A stretch of 64,000 nt of DNA. Origin: Parasitella parasitica NRRL 2501. Its lineage: Eukaryota; Fungi; Mucoromycota. The translations under genes and the position numbers were made by a program. Under the pieces are notes generated by a model. The model ran no database searches, was not told where the DNA came from, and was given only the letters and a program-made list of their open reading frames with translations. The stretch spans positions 236 to 64,235 of the forward strand of contig MU619397.1 of assembly GCA_025201805.1 (NCBI GenBank), given 5' to 3'. Each line of letters starts with the position of its first letter. Position 1 is the stretch's first letter. Below are positions 52,323 through 64,000 of the stretch, one piece after another.

Positions 52323-53852
52323 ATGGCTGAAAATAACATCAAGGGCATTTTATCTGAGTATGATAACGAATCTGTTGTTACCAGGCAAGCAATTCACCGT
52401 GGTGGTCGAAAATCCATCTACATGGCCGGTGTTGTTGCTGCTGGAGGTGGATTTGTCGTTGGCTTTGATACAGGCGCTGTATCCGGTACCATGGTATTGC
52501 AGCCATTTATCGACAAATTCCTAAATGTGGATGCCACTTATCGCTCTGCTCTTTTGGTTGCCATGATGTTATTAACTGCCACTATTGGTGGTTTAGCTTC
52601 CGGCAATGTATGTGGTAAGTATTTTGTGTAGCACACATCATATGTATATCAAACTAAGCTTGCTATAGATTACATGGGTCGTAAAAATACAATTCTTCTT
52701 GGTACGAGTGTGTTTGGCATCGGCGCTCTTTTTGAAACAATCGGTTATAACTTTGGTTTACTCATGGCCGGCCGTCTTTTTGTTGGTCTTGGTGAAGGTT
52801 TTTTGACCAATGCTATCCCACTTTACCACACCGAGATCGCTCCTCCCGACATTCGTGGTCGACTGATCACTCTATTCAGTGCCATGTCATCTGTGGGCAC
52901 TATTGTTGGTTATTTCGTCAACTTTGGCACTTCTTACCTTGGCAATGACTGGGCTTGGCGTACTCCATTTTTGGTTCAACTACTCGTTTGCATCTTTTTG
53001 CTGTCTGCGTATTTCTTGCCCTATTCTCCTCGTTGGCTCATCGATAAAGGCCGTAAAGAAGAAGCTTTGTTGGTCCTTGCTAAGCTCCATGAATCGACAG
53101 TTGAAGATCCCGAAGTTCGTAACGAATACCAATGTATTTGTGAAGAGATCCGAGTTGAACGTTCTTTTGGTACTCGTACCTACGTCGAGTGTTTCCGCGG
53201 CACTAATTTGAAGCGTACACTTTTTGCCTTATTCACTGGTAACGGTGCTGCGTTTACTGGTACTTATTCCATCACTTACTATGCTCCTTCTATTTTTCAG
53301 CAAGCCGGGGTGGGGAGCACTTCCATTTCACTAGCTACGAGCGGCGCGAGCAACATTCTTGTCTTGATTGTCACCTTGTTGACAGTATTATTCATCGACC
53401 GTTTGGGTCGGCGTGGAATTTTTGCTTCTGGTGCTATTGTTATGGGTCTCTCCATGTACATTGTTGGCGGCCTCTTTCAAGGCTACAGTTTCATTGACGA
53501 CGAAGGCAATGTTGGGCTATCAAACAAGCATGCTCAAGCTTGCGTTATCGCCTTTGTGTTTATTTTCCAAGCAGCTTATGCTTACAGTTGGGGGCCTGTT
53601 GCCTACATTTATCCTGCTGAAATCTCCAATATGCGTACTCGTGCTAAAGTTATTGCTCTTGCATATGGCTTGAACTGGGCGATCGGTATCTTTATGACGT
53701 TTGTCATGCCAATCTTTATGAACAACACCATCTATGGCGGCTATTACTTTTTCGGTGCCTGCTGTAGCATCCTCTCTATCGGCAGTTTCTGGCTCCCAGA
53801 AACTAAAGGAAAAACTTTGGAGGAAATTGATCGCATGTTTAATCCTCTCTAG
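52323..53852 (+). CDS. MFS sugar porter family transporter
   Basis: GFDTGAVSG, D.MGRK, EIAPPDIRG, PYSPRWL, IDRLGRR, PAEI, PETKGKTLEEID. One intron at about 52615-52668. Confidence 0.95.
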
Positions 53853-54485
53853 CGTTGAAACGGGTATATTTCTTTTATCTCAATCAATCATACTAACCAA
53901 ACTATCTTTAAAATAAACATTCGCCATAGTTGTCCTGCCCCCCGCCTCTGGTCCTCACCGGGTCTCTGGTCATTTAGCTGTGGACTACTGCTTACTCTTT
54001 TCGGTCTTATGGTGGGGATCCATGCGTTGGGATGGTAACTTGCTATTCTTTCAATTGTACTAAAAAAAAGGACAATCGAGGGGTGCTAGACCTAACGGTC
54101 GGCTGAGATTATACCCTTAAGAGCGGACCATGTTAATGCATGCGACGGCCACGAGTTCCCATTTGTACAATTGCTTTTTTTCTCATTTTTATGCCAGGTA
54201 ACGTATCATCTTGCTACACATTCTCTCTGCGCTTCCACATATAGTTGGTGGTCTTTGTTTGCTTGACCATTGTTTTTGAATTTGGCATTTGGCATTTGAC
54301 AATTGACATTTGGGCTTGTCCTAATCTCATGCTCTTATGGTATCTCTCGTTGGGATCCTTGTTTATAGTTGCTGTTGGTCGTATCAGCATGTGTGTTTGT
54401 GTGTGTTTCTCAATAAAAGTTGTGATTTTCCAGTGGTTTTTTTATTATAAATAGTGGTTTATTAAATGACGAATAAGTTACTATT

Positions 54486-56215
54486 CTAATTGTTTTTGAT
54501 GGACGGACAAGAGTTTGTTCGTAAATTGACATTCTTTGGTGCAAAACCTTGCTCCCAAGCCAGTAAATAATCCCAATGAGGGTTGACATGATCTTCAGTC
54601 TTGTAAGTCCAATAAAACCATCCTATACCAGCTTCATAGGCATCCATTTGCTTCTCCATGAATTGCAACAAGAAATTTTTGTATTCAGGTGTAAACGCTG
54701 TCCAGTCGTCGACACCAACACATGAGCATGTTGGACACACAGGCGCTGTTGGTGCTCCTTCTTGCTCAAGAGTCCCGTCAAATCGAGCGCCCAATCCTAC
54801 GCCATTCAGATATTTGGCACAATCATTTGTAGCGACAGAAAATTCGCCCACCATCGTAGGACCCACATGGATAGACGCTTCCCCAATGTCTTTTTTCCAT
54901 GCTGTACAGGGAAACTCTGATTGCTGGGTTCTGGGCATCGATACAAGGCCATTATTAAAGATCATGTATAAATGAGTTTCCAAAATAACGCGTTCGTATT
55001 GCTTTCCAAAAAAGCCATTCCATGCACTAAGAGGGAAGAAACCATCGTGGTAAGTTAACAGGGGGCCACGACCAGGACCGAGCAATTTGCGGATAGCATT
55101 GTAGCTTTTTTGATACCAATTTTTAACCTTGACAGCAGGGATTTTCATCATCGCAGGTTCATTCAAGACGCCAAATAAAGGGACAACGTTAGACCACTCG
55201 GGTTTATCAAAGAATCTTATCATTTCAGTTGCAATTTGAAGAGTTCTATCGCCATTGGACTCGCCCTCGGTACCGTTCAAGAAGCCGACCATGCCTGATT
55301 TACCAGAGTGATTCCAGCCATTTTGTGACCCAGGAGCAGTATGCAATTCTACCATGACACGGAGCCCATACTTTCTAGCCCACTGAATACCTTGTAGCAA
55401 GTATTGCCAGGAGATAAATGGAACATACGGCTCATCAGATAAAACTTGAACTGCCCAATGTCCTGTAGGGATACGAACATGATTGAATCCCATTTCGGCG
55501 ATCCTCTTGAAATCGGCTTCCGTTACAAACGTATCATAATGATTTTGTAATTGCCTCTTGGCTTCCTCGGGTCCCAGTTTCTCGCATAGACTCCATTCGT
55601 CGACTACTGTTTGATTTGGACCAAATTGTTCGAATATTTTTGGCGTAATAAAGGGCTCAAGTACAAGCCATCCGCCTAAATTAATGCCACGGATACGATC
55701 CTCGGCGTTGTACCGAAAAGGCTTGTTGAGGGCAGGAGTGAAATTATGGGCTTGAACTGAATCATCAAAAGGATCTTTGTAGTCTGGCGATCCAGGTGTA
55801 ATAAGGTGAGGATTGCTGCCTGGATTGTTACGGGATGATCTTTGCTGATGCTCATCTTTTGCACTAATGCCAAAGACGACCAGTGGGATGACAATTGCAG
55901 CCAAAACGAGCAATGTTATAGACGTTACAAGTAATGCCACTCTAGTTTTGTTTGACTTGAATTTTCCCCATAATGTGGTGGGAGCAGAAGGAGGATTAAC
56001 ACCGCCAGGAACACTAGAATGTGTTTGATGTGTCGAAGTATTCGCCTTGATTTTCTCATCAATGTCAATGTGATTGATGCTTGGCTCTCTTGATAAAGCC
56101 CAACTCACTGGATCTGCTTGTTGCTTGTAATAGCTCTCTTGTGAGTTTATATCTATGGTGGTAGTATTAATGTTTATATTCAGTCCACATATATAAAACT
56201 ATGCATACTTTGCAT
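54486..56215 (-). CDS. GH5 exo-beta-1,3-glucanase, type II membrane-anchored
   Basis: RGINLGGWLVLEPFITP, NHVRIP, HTAPGSQNGWNHSG, NEP acid/base, VGEFS nucleophile. A 7-nt first exon (ATGCAAA) and intron 56153-56208 give the start. Confidence 0.92.
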
Positions 56216-56459
56216 TGCAAACTGAATAATTCTGGAGAAACAAGAGAGAGAGAAACAAGGTAAGGAATTGAAGATATTGTCTAATTTTCATTTCGACGCC
56301 GAAAGAACAGACAGTTTGTTTGTTTTTCATTTTAGAACAGTATAAAATTTTATGTATACAATAGCAAACAAACTTGATGTCTGTGCACTGTATATTGCGA
56401 ATGGTGAATTTAGGTGTATTTGTTTATTGAAATTAAAAATTAAGAAAATTAGGCGAAAT

Positions 56460-57244
56460 TTAACAACATCCACCAGATTGTTTGGGTTCGAGAGAGGCAC
56501 CTTGGCCAACCCTGACAGTGGGTTTAGCCTGAGATTGCTGCATAGTTGAACCCATTCTATCCTTGATTTGCTTAGCCATAGTCAAGAAAGCTTGTTCAAC
56601 ATTGGTAGCGTCCTTGGCTGAGGTCTCCAAAAGAGATATGTTGATTTGTTCAGCAAAATCTTTTGCTTCTTCAGAATCAACCATCTTTTTATCAACTAAA
56701 TCACTTTTGTTACCAACCAATAACTTGTTGACTCCTTCAGCTGCATATCTATCAATCTCTTGCAACCATTGCTTCACATTATCGAACGAATCTTTATCAG
56801 TAACATCATAAACAACAATGATACCATGTGCTCCTCTATAATAAGATGAAGTGATTGTGCGGAAACGTTCTTGCCCAGCAGTATCCCACTAAGAAAAAAT
56901 TAGATTCTTTCATTTTCATCATTGTTGAAACAAGTAACACTTACAATCTGTAGTTTTACAGTTTTCCCTTCCAATTCTATAGTTCTGATTTTCTATATTT
57001 TTCAAACCTTTTAACAACATAGCACATAAATCCAAATATATAAAAATATTACAAAATCGACACCAATAGTAGAAATATAGCTCTCGGTGTATGTATCGTC
57101 AGCAAAACGAAGCAAAAGACAGGATTTTCCAACTCCAGAGTCGCCAATGAGCAAAAGTTTAAACAAATAATCGCTATTTATCATGTCAATACACACAGTT
57201 TTTTAACTTTTTTGCTTCTATAATACTTACTACTCGGGGTTCAT
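56460..57244 (-). CDS. YPT1: Rab1/Ypt1 GTPase
   Basis: [65 protein letters not shown]-terminal GGCC. Four exons. Confidence 0.98.
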
Positions 57245-58554
57245 TTCTTTCTTTTATATTGTTTTGGTATTTTACAAGAAAAGAAAGACTATTTGTATAT
57301 TATAAAGAACTCGCTCTTTGATAAACGCCTTTGCTTGTGCTTGCACCGGCTACTCAAAAATTTAGGGCAAAGAGTCACGATACACCCTTTCAAACCAATC
57401 ATACAAGTGCATGACATGGTTTGTGTTACATTTTTGTTGGATAATATTGCATAGCAGCAAAGAAGGAAAAGAGATTAGCACACACATTATGTTGCTTTGG
57501 AAACAACACTTTGATATAGGGTAGTCATGGAAACAAAAATAGCGGATTCCAGACCTCACTGATTAATCAAAGAGATTGTTTAAACGACATGAATATGAAA
57601 CTAGTCATTTCATTTGGATGTAGACACACAAAATAACCGCTTTTTTTTTCTTTCATAACCTCCCTCTTCCTCGACTATATTTAGGCTTGGCATCACTGCC
57701 ATAAAATTCAGATTACAACCAAACTTTTTTCCTATGATCTTAGAGTTTATTTGATAAGAGATAATGAAATATACCTCGCTTTTTTTCTAGAATTAAAATT
57801 TGATTTGTATCTTGTTTTATGAGGTATGTAAATGATGTATATAATAATATAAACAGAGTTCTGGCAATATTGCAAATTGGCAAGAGGCAAATTTGTACTA
57901 CATGTCAACAGGTCGAGGGCCAAAATTTACAACCCTTTTCAACATTTCATCATCATCAACGTTTTTGTATGAATTACTGTCTCTAATTGCATCGTATGGC
58001 ACTAATACGAAGCAACACTGTTAGTTATCTTTACGCTAATGCAACAAAAGAAACACATGATAGACAAATAATCACGCGTTCACACTCTGACATGAGTAAC
58101 TTTATTCTATAACAAATTATGAACATGAACACCAGTTCCTCCTTGATTAACCCTAAACACATTCAAAATGAATTAACGGAGCAAGTACCTAGGCATTTTC
58201 AACTACTTGAAGAAACACGTCCCTACGAGATGTAGAGAAGACATGCGCTTTAGCTACAATCTCATACTATGATATAAATACACTTGTACTAAGCAATTTC
58301 TTCAAATATCTTATACCACTAAATTAAATTTTCATTAAAAATCCCACTTTTATGCCTTTACTTATTTAGATGGGCTCTAAGTCAAACAAATCTGTATGTA
58401 AACATATCACATTTTGATTCACTGATATAGTGGAGTATCACATGTCTATTGCTATAAGACAGAATTAGATACAGTTGACTGATTAATTTTGTCAGTTTAA
58501 AAAAGATGAATGTCGTTTGGCAAAAAACAAATGTCACTAGCCTAAGAAAAAATA

Positions 58555-58628
58555 TCTGTTGGCTCATCAATTAGTTTCAAAAGTACGTACCTGCATTAAA
58601 TAACCAGGGCGTTAACCTTGGTGGAAAG
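58555..58628 (-). ncRNA. Candidate Fanzor omega-RNA scaffold
   Basis: Overlaps the Fanzor 3' end and lies before the TIR. Stem-loop ACCAAGG-TTAACG-CCCTGGT (58622-58603, one mismatch) followed by TTAATGCAGGTA. Confidence 0.5.
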
Positions 58629-60184
58629 TTTCTGTTTTTGTTGTCTTGAGAAAATTGTCGGTCGTCTGCCTGTTTCCCTCAAGAATATTAAAATCCTTCT
58701 GAAGTTTAATACAGCTGCAAGATCTCGATTCCATAGTCGGTTTTCATTGCTTGAACACATACTGCTTCGACATCTTGAAGAAGGTCATTTTTCATAATCC
58801 AATGTTACGTGAGTTTATATATACTTTTTTGACCTTTTTAGGCCATGACACTTTACAGTGAGCATTTCGTGGTGTTGATTTGGCTCTAGGGTTTTGGATT
58901 GTTTAAAGCTTGCCGCCACAGCCTGGGCAGTACAAAGATGTCTTGTATTCGCCAATGGGATAAACTTTATAACCATTCTTTTGCAGCATCTTGACTGGGG
59001 GCTCTTTTCAGGAGGTATCGCAGCTCTGTTTAATGATACTGGCACCAACTCCATCAGTTTCAAGAGTACCTTTGAAGCTTAAAGATCCTTGACTATAGAT
59101 CCCCAGTTCTCGAGTTGACTCCTTGGCATCAAAGATTTCCTGCTTTGAATAATATGGTGGTGGATAATCTTGTTGTCTAACGTCATGTAGCAAGGAATAA
59201 ACGTTGTTCTTGACGGGAAACAGAAAAATTGCTTTAGCTGCACCGATTCAAACAATTCAGCAAGTTTAAGAAAGGCTTTGAAGTGGTTTTCTGGATTAGC
59301 CTTTACATCGTAGAAGATTGAGCCCATTTTAAACTTGTAATTTTCTGGGTATGCCGACAAGAAAGTTTGTACTTTTGATTTTGATGATTCATTCAAAATA
59401 TCAACGTTGGGCATGCCTTTTTTGGTTACAGCTTGTATAACTTGGGTTACAGGGACTGTAAGCCTTTTGTCGTATCGCTTCTTTAATAGCTTCTTCACTA
59501 AACGCATTGGACGCCATTTCTTTACGGATGGTATCCGCTCTTTCTTTTTTTTCACAGAGCTTATTTAGTAGAGTTCGCAATCTATTTCCAAAATGGGTCT
59601 TTATGTTGTTAAGATAGGCAGTTTGGATCTTGGTGCACTCATATAGTGCTATTTGTTGAGCATTCACCAGTTTGATTGGAGTATAATTCGCGTCTTCCAA
59701 GTAAGATTGTTGATATTTTGCTATGAACTTCCTTTACTCTGCAGTCGTGTCTTTAAGCTTAACAGACCTGCGGGTAGTATTTTGGATCAGAGACAAGAAC
59801 ACTTCCACAAAGAATTCTTTTCGTGGCCAGTTCTTCCAAGAACATGTATTTTGAAAAAGCAAATGTGTGAGTGATGACTGTATAAGTAGTATTCACTAGA
59901 TTATACAATGGCTGCAAACATTCTGGTTTCCTCACCTTTTTTCTTGTTTTATCATCAAAGCTTTTCGTTGTAGAACCAGGTTTGGTAGCAGTAGAGTCAG
60001 ACTTGGAAGCATTAACATTGGGTACATTCATGAAACTATCTGGTTGTGTAGTCTTGCTTGATTCACCTATCATTAAACCTTGAGCATAGGTGTTACCAAT
60101 TTCGTCTTTGGCCCTCTTTCTTGCAGAATTGTCGCTTTGTTTACCTATGTAATGGGTGTTTAAAATGCTTTGACTCTTCAACAC
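58596..60184 (-). pseudogene. Fanzor1 (eukaryotic TnpB-like RNA-guided nuclease), disrupted
   Basis: Fragments in order: LVN..ITHTFAFSKYMFLEEL, NAQQIALYECTKIQTAYLNNIK.HFGNRLR, FP..TTFIPCYMTLD, FKGTLETDGVGASIIKQ, MLQKNGYKVYPIGEYKTSLYCPGC (58989-58918), CHGLKR|C..C, WNRDLAAVLNF (58733-58701), RPTIFSR. Several frameshifts and stops. Confidence 0.85.
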
Positions 60185-62038
60185 TTATGAATATAATGTG
60201 ATAATACATACTTCTTTTTCTAAAGGTTACTGATAGCTGAAAATCATCGCCTGAATTGTCGGTTATAATTTTTTCATATGTGTCTACCATCATAGCTTAA
60301 ATTAGTAACGTTTTGATCCGCTTCTGTTCTTAAAAGACTTCTCTTCAGAGCAAGGAGTAGAAGTATCCTTCCGACTTTACTTCATCTGTACTTTTCTGAA
60401 GGGAATAGTTATTTATACATTATGTCTTCAGAAAACTAGTTTAAAAAAGAAACGAATGTGTAGAAAAAAAACAAGACAAAAAATATTTATGGCGGATGCA
60501 TTGTAGGTTCTAGTAACGACAATATGTGCTTTTGAATATGACAATTATTTTTGTCGAAATCGACATCTAATTTTGAGGAAACACCATTTATTTTTTTCCA
60601 ATAGACGTTTATATTCCAATAAACGCCATTTGTTTTTTCAAAATGGACAAAATTTACTGGTTGCACTGTATACAAAGAGTCCATCAGATGGGCATTTAAG
60701 TCATCCCAGCAGAATATTTATGCTGTAGTGGTACAATCGACACATAGGGTAACATCACTAGTAAAAAAAAAAGGGTAGTGGAGTTACTGGATTTTGGGTA
60801 ACTTGCGACTACACATAACTCTAAAGGACGAAATTATCAATTTTATGGTGGTTCTAGATTGTAGGTATATCAATTCAGTTTAGTGTATGATAGATGAGGG
60901 AGATTGAATCCATTATTTTTTTCACACTGGATATTCAGTGATTGACATGGCGGAAGGTTTTAAAAAATCAAAGGTTGATGCCGTCGATGATTTTAGCCTG
61001 CTTCCCACAAATTAACAAATGAAGCTAAGTTAAACTATACAATACCACAATGTAAGCGAATTAACAATTCGAGCCAAGCACCGAGAGTCTGATAAAATAA
61101 AGCTGCCAAAGAGTTTCACTTTTACTTGTAACACATCAAAGGATGTATTACACACATTTTTTGCATTAGGGTTCTGCTGTCTAAGTGCATAACGTAAATT
61201 ATGACTATCCATGATAAACCGTAAGACCCTTGGACTGAGACTCTGATGTGAGACCTTGCCATTTTATTGATATAACACCACCTCACACCAATATGAGCAG
61301 TATGTGATGGAAGTAAAAGCCGTACCCAAAGCTGTAGATCGCTGTAGTAGTAGTTGTGTATAATTGTGGTAGGTTGACATAACAAAACAAGAACAAAAGG
61401 CATGAATTTACCCAAGAGAATTGCAACTTGTTGCTGACCTTGCTTCTTCATACAATAGATAAATTGCTCTGGTATACATGCAGTTAGTTCGACATGAGCA
61501 GTATATTTCGAAGGTAACCATTAAAAACCTCTAGAAATCCTGAAAAACCAGTTTAAAAAGGGATACCAAACATTCACAATTCATTTTGTGTTAATGCTCT
61601 AGCTCGTTTACGCTTGTTCTTGGACTTCGATTTCTCGCGAGGCAATCTTTCTTGTGCTGTGATCGCAATAAGATCGTGTAATGATTGACCACTTAATTTG
61701 GCAAATGTCATAAAACAACGGCTATGTTCACAATCAGGATCAGAAAATAAAGTGTGAAGTTGGAGAATTAGTTTGAAACTCAAATACAAGGCAGGTTTTT
61801 ACGATCAATGTGATTATTATTCAAGGATTGCATGTCAATTAGAAAAATTGCTGTAGATCTTGACCCACAAATATCACAATTAGGTTTTTTCTGTTCTGAT
61901 TGATTCTCGGAGCTGGCCTTGGGCTTTTTTTTAGTAGATAAATGCAGTTAGCAATTCGATTTATCAGGAAAATACAAACTATTTCAGAAAGAGATTGGAA
62001 AGTGGATATTTCATAGCATTAAGCAGTGTACCGGTACA

Positions 62039-63069
62039 ATGGATAAAGGAGAATAAAAAATCCGCTTCGAAACGCAAGGATTTTTTGTTTCAATATTATC
62101 TTCTTTTGCCATAGCATTGTCATCAATTATCTTACAACGAATGGAAAAAACGATTGCCACTGAATCAATGTCAATGTTATTTACAACAAATATCGCCCAA
62201 TCTCTCGTTTTGGCACCACCATCACCGTAAATTGATTGCATTATCCATCCCAACGAGCAGGGACCACCTACGCAAGTATAAATTGATATTGTGAGGTATA
62301 CATGGGAACATGTATCTGAGATACTTTTAGATACGGGTGATCCAGCAATATCTGCTCCGTATGCTTTTTTTTTTTTTTAGCTTTTTACGATGCATTATTT
62401 AAATTGGATCCTTCATTAAAACCACTGTTGACAAATATATTTCAACAAGCAAGAGCATTAGCTGGTATGCTTTCTTATATAGCAAGAGCACCAAGCGTCA
62501 CAGGGCCAAAGAAAGCTCGATTAAAAACGTTAAAAACTGAAAACTATACCAGTGAATCGGAAAGACTGCCAACCATTCGAGAAATTAATGCCAAAAAACG
62601 AAAAGAGACCAATGCAACCGCTTTTCCATAGTTAGTTTGTAGTGTAACTACCAATAATGATTCAGAAGAAAAGAACGATAAAGAAGGAGATCCAGAGAGG
62701 CTGGTAAACAAACTTTGAGAATTAGGTGCAATGCATTATTTTTACATTATGGAGCCTAAATATTTGACATTGATGGGGCAAGCTCTACTCTCGGCTTTGA
62801 AACTTAGACTGGGAAAGGAATTTATACCAGAAGTGGCAGAAGCTTGGACAAAAGTAAGTCGCTGATTTGAAAATAGACACGTTTAGATTTCGACAGCAGT
62901 TTTGAATCGTTGAGGCACATGCTTATGCTGCTAACCAAATAAAAATTGGCTTGAAATCACAAGCAGTTTCGAAAAAGGAAAACGGAAATCGGCTACAGTA
63001 AAGACGAATTTTCCTTCAAAAGATGCTCATCACAAAATTAGTTCGAGATCAAATTGGTTAATTCAATAA
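62039..63069 (+). pseudogene. Single-domain globin pseudogene (unprocessed)
   Basis: IDIVRYTWEHV, AFYDALFKLDPSLKPL, QARALAGML, ELGAMHYFY (proximal His), MGQALLSALKLRLGKEFIPEVAEAWTK. Stops at 62279, 62629 and 62716, a frameshift in poly-T near 62370, and a retained intron near 62854-62914. Confidence 0.8.
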
Positions 63070-63670
63070 ATTGTTGTGCCAGTGTCAAAGGGCGCAACAA
63101 AATGTTATGTAAATGTTATTTTATAAGAAGTAATAAAGTCTTTTTTGAATAAAACCAAATGCAAAACTGAAGACTGATGTATACGCACTGCTACATCTTC
63201 ACTATATCAATTCCTACAAGTACTACGTTTGCTGGTTTACTGCGAATATATTATATGATTGTATCAGATACGAATAAGTATAATAAATAAGACTTATCTG
63301 ACCCCATTAAGCCGAGGACATGCCCGAGGACTCCTGCTTAAAAGTGTCCCGATGACAATAAATAACTCCTACAAATAAGGCTATTTAATTGGCCATGATC
63401 CATCTTTACTGTCCTGAGTGTGTTTGTTGTGAGTGTTTGTTTAATTTTTGGCATTTTGTGATTCAAAGTATACATTTCACATTCAAGCTATTAGATATAA
63501 GACAAACCTTTGAGTAAGACATCCTTGGCACATTTTTTTTACTGTAATACGCCGGTTTTGACTTAAAAACATACTCAAGTTCCATCTTCGAATATAAATA
63601 CTGCTGAATTACACATACAAGTTTAAATATATAGTACCTAAAATTTTAATTATCTCAGTAACAAGCAAAA

Positions 63671-64000
63671 ATGTATGATCCCAAAAACGCGATTCCCCAA
63701 TTCCATCCTTCCGGAAATGCTGAAATGGATTTAAGAATGAGAGCATCTCAACAACGAATCCATCAAGCAAGACGAGATCATAGACCCAAGAATACCGCAA
63801 ACACTTATGAGGGTATGCAACAAGAATTTCTAGCTTTTTGTGATCGAAATTTTGGGTTAGAAGATCCCACAAGGCATACTGTTACTGGATCCAAGGTTGC
63901 GTTTTACATCGAAAAAGAGGTATTAACAAAACTATAAGCATTTGTTCAATGTCTAATGGTTTTCTTTCACCACAGCTTTCTCAACGCAAGAAATTAAGAC
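63671..64000 (+). mobile_element. N-terminus of Crypton/Ndc10-like tyrosine-recombinase gene (runs off window)
   Basis: RDHRPKNTANTYEGMQQEFLAFCD..HTVTGSKVAFYIEKEV fits the RPKNT..Y..Q.EF..C..VT..K..F..EV pattern of fungal Crypton/Ndc10-GCR1-like proteins. The catalytic part is not in the window. Confidence 0.65.

Larger units (their letters stand above)
58472..60668 (-). mobile_element. TA-flanked TIR (Tc1/mariner-type ends) element carrying a Fanzor gene
   Basis: TA|CAGTTGACTGATTAATTTTGTCAGTTTAAAAAAG..AATGTCGTTT at 58472 mirrors TA|CAGTGCAACCAGTAAATTTTGTCCATTTTGAAAAAACAAATGGCGTTT read inward from 60668. Confidence 0.75.

Noticed and set aside
60900-61950. Possible MULE/SWIM relic (LLLPSH..IGVRW, basic tail)
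   Set aside because: Motif fragments are weak and not in the expected order.
62279-62718. RIP-like C>T mutation of the globin pseudogene
   Set aside because: Too few sites, ancestral codons unknown, and RIP is not established in Mucorales.

Overview
Eukaryotic, AT-rich genomic DNA with short (50-70 nt) introns. Gene content and style indicate a Mucorales fungus (Mucor/Parasitella-like; inferred, not database-checked). A gene-dense core (about 0.9-57.2 kb) carries: an O-fucosyltransferase-like gene, a Prx5-type peroxiredoxin, two tandem orphan paralogs, a zf-HIT protein, NAT3, a YAK1-like kinase, an intronless PIN/XPG nuclease, a WD40 inositol 5-phosphatase, TMCO4/DUF726, a Zap1/ZafA-like zinc finger, UBC6, a monoglyceride lipase, OSH3, GUT1, a Yippee-like gene, MSH5, SEC18, PRP39, a Brc1/Rtt107-like BRCT protein, casein kinase I, a sugar porter, a GH5 glucanase and YPT1. 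The main unexplained structures are: (1) a 4.1-kb near-perfect palindrome (arms 30950-32602 and 33426-35078) centred on a PD-(D/E)XK nuclease-like ORF whose 5' end is replaced by an antisense copy of its own 3' end, with Tc1/mariner-type ends inside the arms and an older inverted repeat outside; (2) a TA-flanked TIR element (58472-60668) carrying a decayed, intron-containing Fanzor (eukaryotic TnpB) with a candidate omega-RNA hairpin; (3) a decayed Tc1/mariner element, a globin pseudogene and the start of a Crypton-like gene; (4) convergent genes with overlapping or nearly abutting stop codons. Exon boundaries were read by eye and are approximate. There are three assembly N-gaps.
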